From Bacteroidales bacterium (GTDB lineage: Bacteria; Bacteroidota; Bacteroidia; Bacteroidales; VadinHA17): a stretch of DNA of 64,000 nucleotides. The stretch lies in the NCBI GenBank assembly GCA_041685495.1, contig JAWLFR010000003.1, positions 5,470 through 69,469 on the forward strand, given 5' to 3'. Position numbers and translations under genes: made by a program. Below the pieces are notes generated by a model. The model was not told the origin of the DNA. It saw only the letters and a list, made by a program, of their open reading frames with translations, and made no database searches. This document shows positions 61,075 through 64,000 of this stretch, in pieces (the stretch's first letter is position 1; every line of letters starts with the position of its first letter).

Positions 61075-62427
61075 ATGAGCAGGAAATATTACATAGAAAC
61101 ATACGGTTGCCAGATGAATGTGGCAGACAGCGAGGTGGTGGCGTCAATACTTGGCGACAGGGGATTTACCCTGACAGAAAAGATGGAGGAAGCAGAGCTC
61201 ATCCTTATCAACACCTGCTCAATAAGAGATAATGCAGAGCAAAGGGTGTGGGGCCGACTTGATCTTTTTAAACATCATAAAAGAAAAAATCCCCATGCCC
61301 TGATAGGTATAATAGGATGTATGGCAGAGAGACTGAAGGGAGAGCTGCTGGAAACAGGCAAGATGGTAGACATAGTGGCTGGTCCGGATGCATACCGCGA
61401 GCTGCCCGCACTGATAGATTCGGCGTATGAGGGGCACAAAGGGGTCAACGTACTGCTTTCCCGGGAAGAGACATATGCTGATATATCACCGGTAAGATCG
61501 GACAAAAATGGTGTATCCTCTTTCGTTTCAATAATGAGGGGATGCAATAATATGTGTTCCTACTGTGTAGTGCCCTATGTCAGGGGAGCTGAACGCAGCC
61601 GTGATCCTGAAACAATACTGGAGGAGGTAAGGCAGCTGTTCAACAGGGGATACAGGGAGGTCACACTGCTTGGACAGAATGTAGACTCCTACCTGTGGCA
61701 AAAAGAAGACCGGAGTATGGGCTTTGCTGAGTTACTTGAACAGACAGCCGCCACTGACCCGCTTCTGAGGGTGCGTTTTTCCACCTCACACCCAAAGGAT
61801 ATGTCGGATGATGTGCTGCGGGTAATGGCAGCCAATGATAATATATGCAGGCATATACACCTGCCGGTACAGAGTGGCAGCAGCCGCATACTGTCTCTTA
61901 TGAACAGGAAATATGACAGGGAATGGTATATGGACAGGATAAGGTCAATAAGAGAAATACTGCCCGGGTGCTCTGTCTCCACCGATATCATTACAGGCTT
62001 CTGCTCTGAAACGGAAGAGGATCACAAGGCAACACTGGAGCTTATGAAATGGGTGGAATATGATTTTGCCTATATGTTTAAATATAACGAAAGACCCGGA
62101 ACACGGGCCGCAAGAAAGTATACTGATGATGTGGCTGATGAGGTGAAGACGCGGCGACTGAACGAGATAATTAAATTACAGAACCAATTATCCGCTGGCA
62201 GCAATAAAAAGGATATTGACAGCGTGCAGGAGGTACTGGCAGAAGGTTTCTCAAAAAAATCCAGGGCTGACCTTTCCGGAAGAACCTCCCGTAACAAAGT
62301 AGTTGTATTTCCGAAAGGTAATTATAAAGCGGGCGATTATGTACAGGTAAAAATTACAGATTGCACAGCGGCAACTCTTATCGGATCACCGCTTGTCCGA
62401 AAAACTCATCTTTTAACGCGGGAGTAA
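61075..62427 (+). CDS. miaB: tRNA-2-methylthio-N6-dimethylallyladenosine synthase
   Basis: 450 aa. The UPF0004 domain has [10 protein letters not shown]. The radical-SAM cluster motif is [16 protein letters not shown] domain forms the C-terminus. Confidence 0.9.
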   Translation: MSRKYYIETYGCQMNVADSEVVASILGDRGFTLTEKMEEAELILINTCSIRDNAEQRVWGRLDLFKHHKRKNPHALIGIIGCMAERLKGELLETGKMVDIVAGPDAYRELPALIDSAYEGHKGVNVLLSREETYADISPVRSDKNGVSSFVSIMRGCNNMCSYCVVPYVRGAERSRDPETILEEVRQLFNRGYREVTLLGQNVDSYLWQKEDRSMGFAELLEQTAATDPLLRVRFSTSHPKDMSDDVLRVMAANDNICRHIHLPVQSGSSRILSLMNRKYDREWYMDRIRSIREILPGCSVSTDIITGFCSETEEDHKATLELMKWVEYDFAYMFKYNERPGTRAARKYTDDVADEVKTRRLNEIIKLQNQLSAGSNKKDIDSVQEVLAEGFSKKSRADLSGRTSRNKVVVFPKGNYKAGDYVQVKITDCTAATLIGSPLVRKTHLLTRE

Positions 62428-62505
62428 ATTGTTATTTTGTTAAGCATCAGTATTAAATTGTTTACAAAAAACAAAATCCAAACCGACAATGTACATAATA
62501 ATTAG

Positions 62506-62513
62506 TAATTTTG
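62506..62513 (+). promoter_or_regulatory. Bacteroidota-type -7 promoter element (TAATTTTG)
   Basis: TAnnTTTG match, 44 nt upstream of the ATG at 62557. Confidence 0.35.
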
Positions 62514-62556
62514 TTAAGTACTGTTGAATATATTAAATAATCAATTTACAAAAACC

Positions 62557-63204
62557 ATGAAAGCAATCAGAAAAATATTATTAATGATCATTATTGCCAT
62601 GCTGGGTGCTTCAGCAATAATGGCTCAGACTGAAGATGACTCATATAGATTTGCGATTAAAACAAACCCGCTTGCTGCCCTCGGGGGTCCGTTCTGGGTT
62701 ACTGTTATTCCTGTTACAGGAGAGTATAAGATTCTTTTTGAAGCCAAAACAATGCCCAAACAATCCATTACACTTGGGACTTCATACCTGGGGCCAAGCC
62801 TGCTTCTGAATCTTGATGAACTAACCAACGAAGGTGAGGAGGTGAGCGGCGTTAAAACAAGCGGTTTCAGGGGGCAACTGATATATAAATTCTTCCTCAG
62901 CCGCGATATTGAAGCACCTGAAGGCTTGTATGTTGGTCCGCATTTTTCCTATGCTTCGGCTTCCATCGCCAGCAAAGACAATACTGCCAATAAGATAAAT
63001 ATGACGAAGATGAACATCAACGGGATAATAGGCTACCAGCTGATAAGCAGTGGCGGGTTTGCCCTTGATATCTTTACGGGTCTTGGTGTAAAAAGCAGTA
63101 AATGGACACCTGAAGGAAACTCTGAAGAAGTTTTCGATGTGCCTTTTCAAGACAAGGCTTCCGCATCCGTTGCCTTCGGTTTTAGTTTCGGATATGCTTT
63201 TTAA
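62557..63204 (+). CDS. Small outer-membrane beta-barrel protein (unknown family)
   Basis: I prefer the ATG at 62557 (MKAIRKILLMIIIAMLGASAIMAQ signal peptide). It has alternating beta-strand patterns and a C-terminal FGFSFGYAF. Confidence 0.55.
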   Translation: MKAIRKILLMIIIAMLGASAIMAQTEDDSYRFAIKTNPLAALGGPFWVTVIPVTGEYKILFEAKTMPKQSITLGTSYLGPSLLLNLDELTNEGEEVSGVKTSGFRGQLIYKFFLSRDIEAPEGLYVGPHFSYASASIASKDNTANKINMTKMNINGIIGYQLISSGGFALDIFTGLGVKSSKWTPEGNSEEVFDVPFQDKASASVAFGFSFGYAF

Positions 63205-63229
63205 CCGGCAAACTGAAAATAACAGGAAG

Positions 63230-63255
63230 GGGATATAAGTTTATATCCCTTTTTT
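63230..63255 (+). terminator. Rho-independent terminator overlapping the aspS stop codon (possibly bidirectional)
   Basis: The stem GGGATATA/TATATCCC has a 4-nt loop and is followed by TTTTTT on the plus strand. The right arm contains the aspS stop codon (63241-63243). Confidence 0.55.
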
Positions 63256-64000
63256 CATAATATTAAGGCCAAGCTCTTTCAACTGCTTCTCAGATATCCC
63301 GGAAGGGGAATCAATCATTATATCCCTGCCGGCATTATTCTTGGGGAAGGCAATAAAATCCCTTATTGTTTCTGATCCGGCAAACAGCGACACCAGACGG
63401 TCAAAACCAAAAGCCACACCTCCATGCGGCGGAGCCCCGTACCTGAAAGCGTCCATAAGGAAACCAAACTGACTGCGTGCCTCTTCATCAGTAAATCCCA
63501 GCACCCTGAACATCCGCTCCTGTATCTCTGAGTTATGTATCCTTATTGACCCCCCTCCTATCTCAACACCATTTATCACAAGGTCATAAGCATTGGCCCT
63601 CACCCTGCCAGGCGCTGATTCCAGTAAGTCAAGATCCTCTGCTTTTGGTGAAGTAAATGGATGATGCATGGCATAGTACCTCTTTGTCTCCTCATCCCAT
63701 TCCAGCAGGGGAAAATCCACAACCCACAGGGGGGTGAATTTTTCAGGATCACGTAAGTCCAGCCTGCTACCCATCTCAAGACGCAGCTCCGATAATGCTG
63801 CAAGGGTATGCATACGTTCACCTGCCAGTACAAGCATAAGGTCGCCCGGATGAGCATCCATCACATCAACCCACTTTTTCAGGTCTTCCTGGCTGAAAAA
63901 CTTATCCACAGATGACTTTAATGAGCCGTCATCATTATACTTAACATATATCAATCCCTTTGCCCCCACCTGGGGCTTCCTTACAAAATCCGTCAGGCCG
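63241..64000 (-). CDS. aspS: Aspartate--tRNA ligase, C-terminal part (N-terminus lies beyond the window end)
   Basis: The frame stays open to position 64000 (upstream codons read [21 protein letters not shown]). It has class II motif 3 ([16 protein letters not shown]) and the bacterial insertion domain. Confidence 0.9.
   Translation of the reverse strand, partial: GLTDFVRKPQVGAKGLIYVKYNDDGSLKSSVDKFFSQEDLKKWVDVMDAHPGDLMLVLAGERMHTLAALSELRLEMGSRLDLRDPEKFTPLWVVDFPLLEWDEETKRYYAMHHPFTSPKAEDLDLLESAPGRVRANAYDLVINGVEIGGGSIRIHNSEIQERMFRVLGFTDEEARSQFGFLMDAFRYGAPPHGGVAFGFDRLVSLFAGSETIRDFIAFPKNNAGRDIMIDSPSGISEKQLKELGLNIMKKGI

Noticed and set aside
1-64000. A search by eye for tRNA, rRNA, CRISPR arrays, transposases, integrases, phage genes, toxin-antitoxin pairs or known defence-system modules.
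   Set aside because: I saw none. There are no T-loop-like GGTTCGAATCC motifs, no regularly spaced repeat arrays and no recombinase or nuclease-ATPase gene combinations. The intergenic regions are short (under 300 nt). A formal tRNAscan, Infernal or defence-finder run would be needed to exclude them.

Overview
This 64-kb window looks like ordinary chromosomal DNA from a Bacteroidota-type bacterium. The evidence is a dcw cell-division cluster without murF or ddl, a DUF4783-nadC pair, TAnnTTTG-type promoter motifs and many lipoproteins. It is densely coding, with about 48 CDS. I found no rRNA, tRNA, CRISPR array, transposase or integrase. The backbone is the complete mraZ-rsmH-ftsL-ftsI-murE-mraY-murD-ftsW-murG-murC-ftsQ-ftsA-ftsZ cluster (29.5-45 kb, minus strand). 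Housekeeping genes surround it: valS, aspS (partial), glnA, nadC, rlmH, purF, miaB and yebC. Three loci deserve a second look. (1) An intact, translationally coupled archaeal-type gatE-gatD pair (21.9-25.3 kb) sits among bacterial housekeeping genes. (2) A three-gene same-strand unit (52.6-58.7 kb) encodes a 7TM-LuxR membrane regulator, an NRAMP-fold permease and a fused HyuA/HyuB 5-oxoprolinase. The permease has lost its canonical metal-binding residues and overlaps the oxoprolinase start by 8 nt. (3) trkH is followed by an N-terminally truncated KdpD-type kinase and kdpE. Smaller observations are a four-copy MraZ operator, a glycine-lipid acyltransferase pair and a few unexplained intergenic repeats. 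All functional calls come from reading the supplied translations for family motifs. No database search was run.
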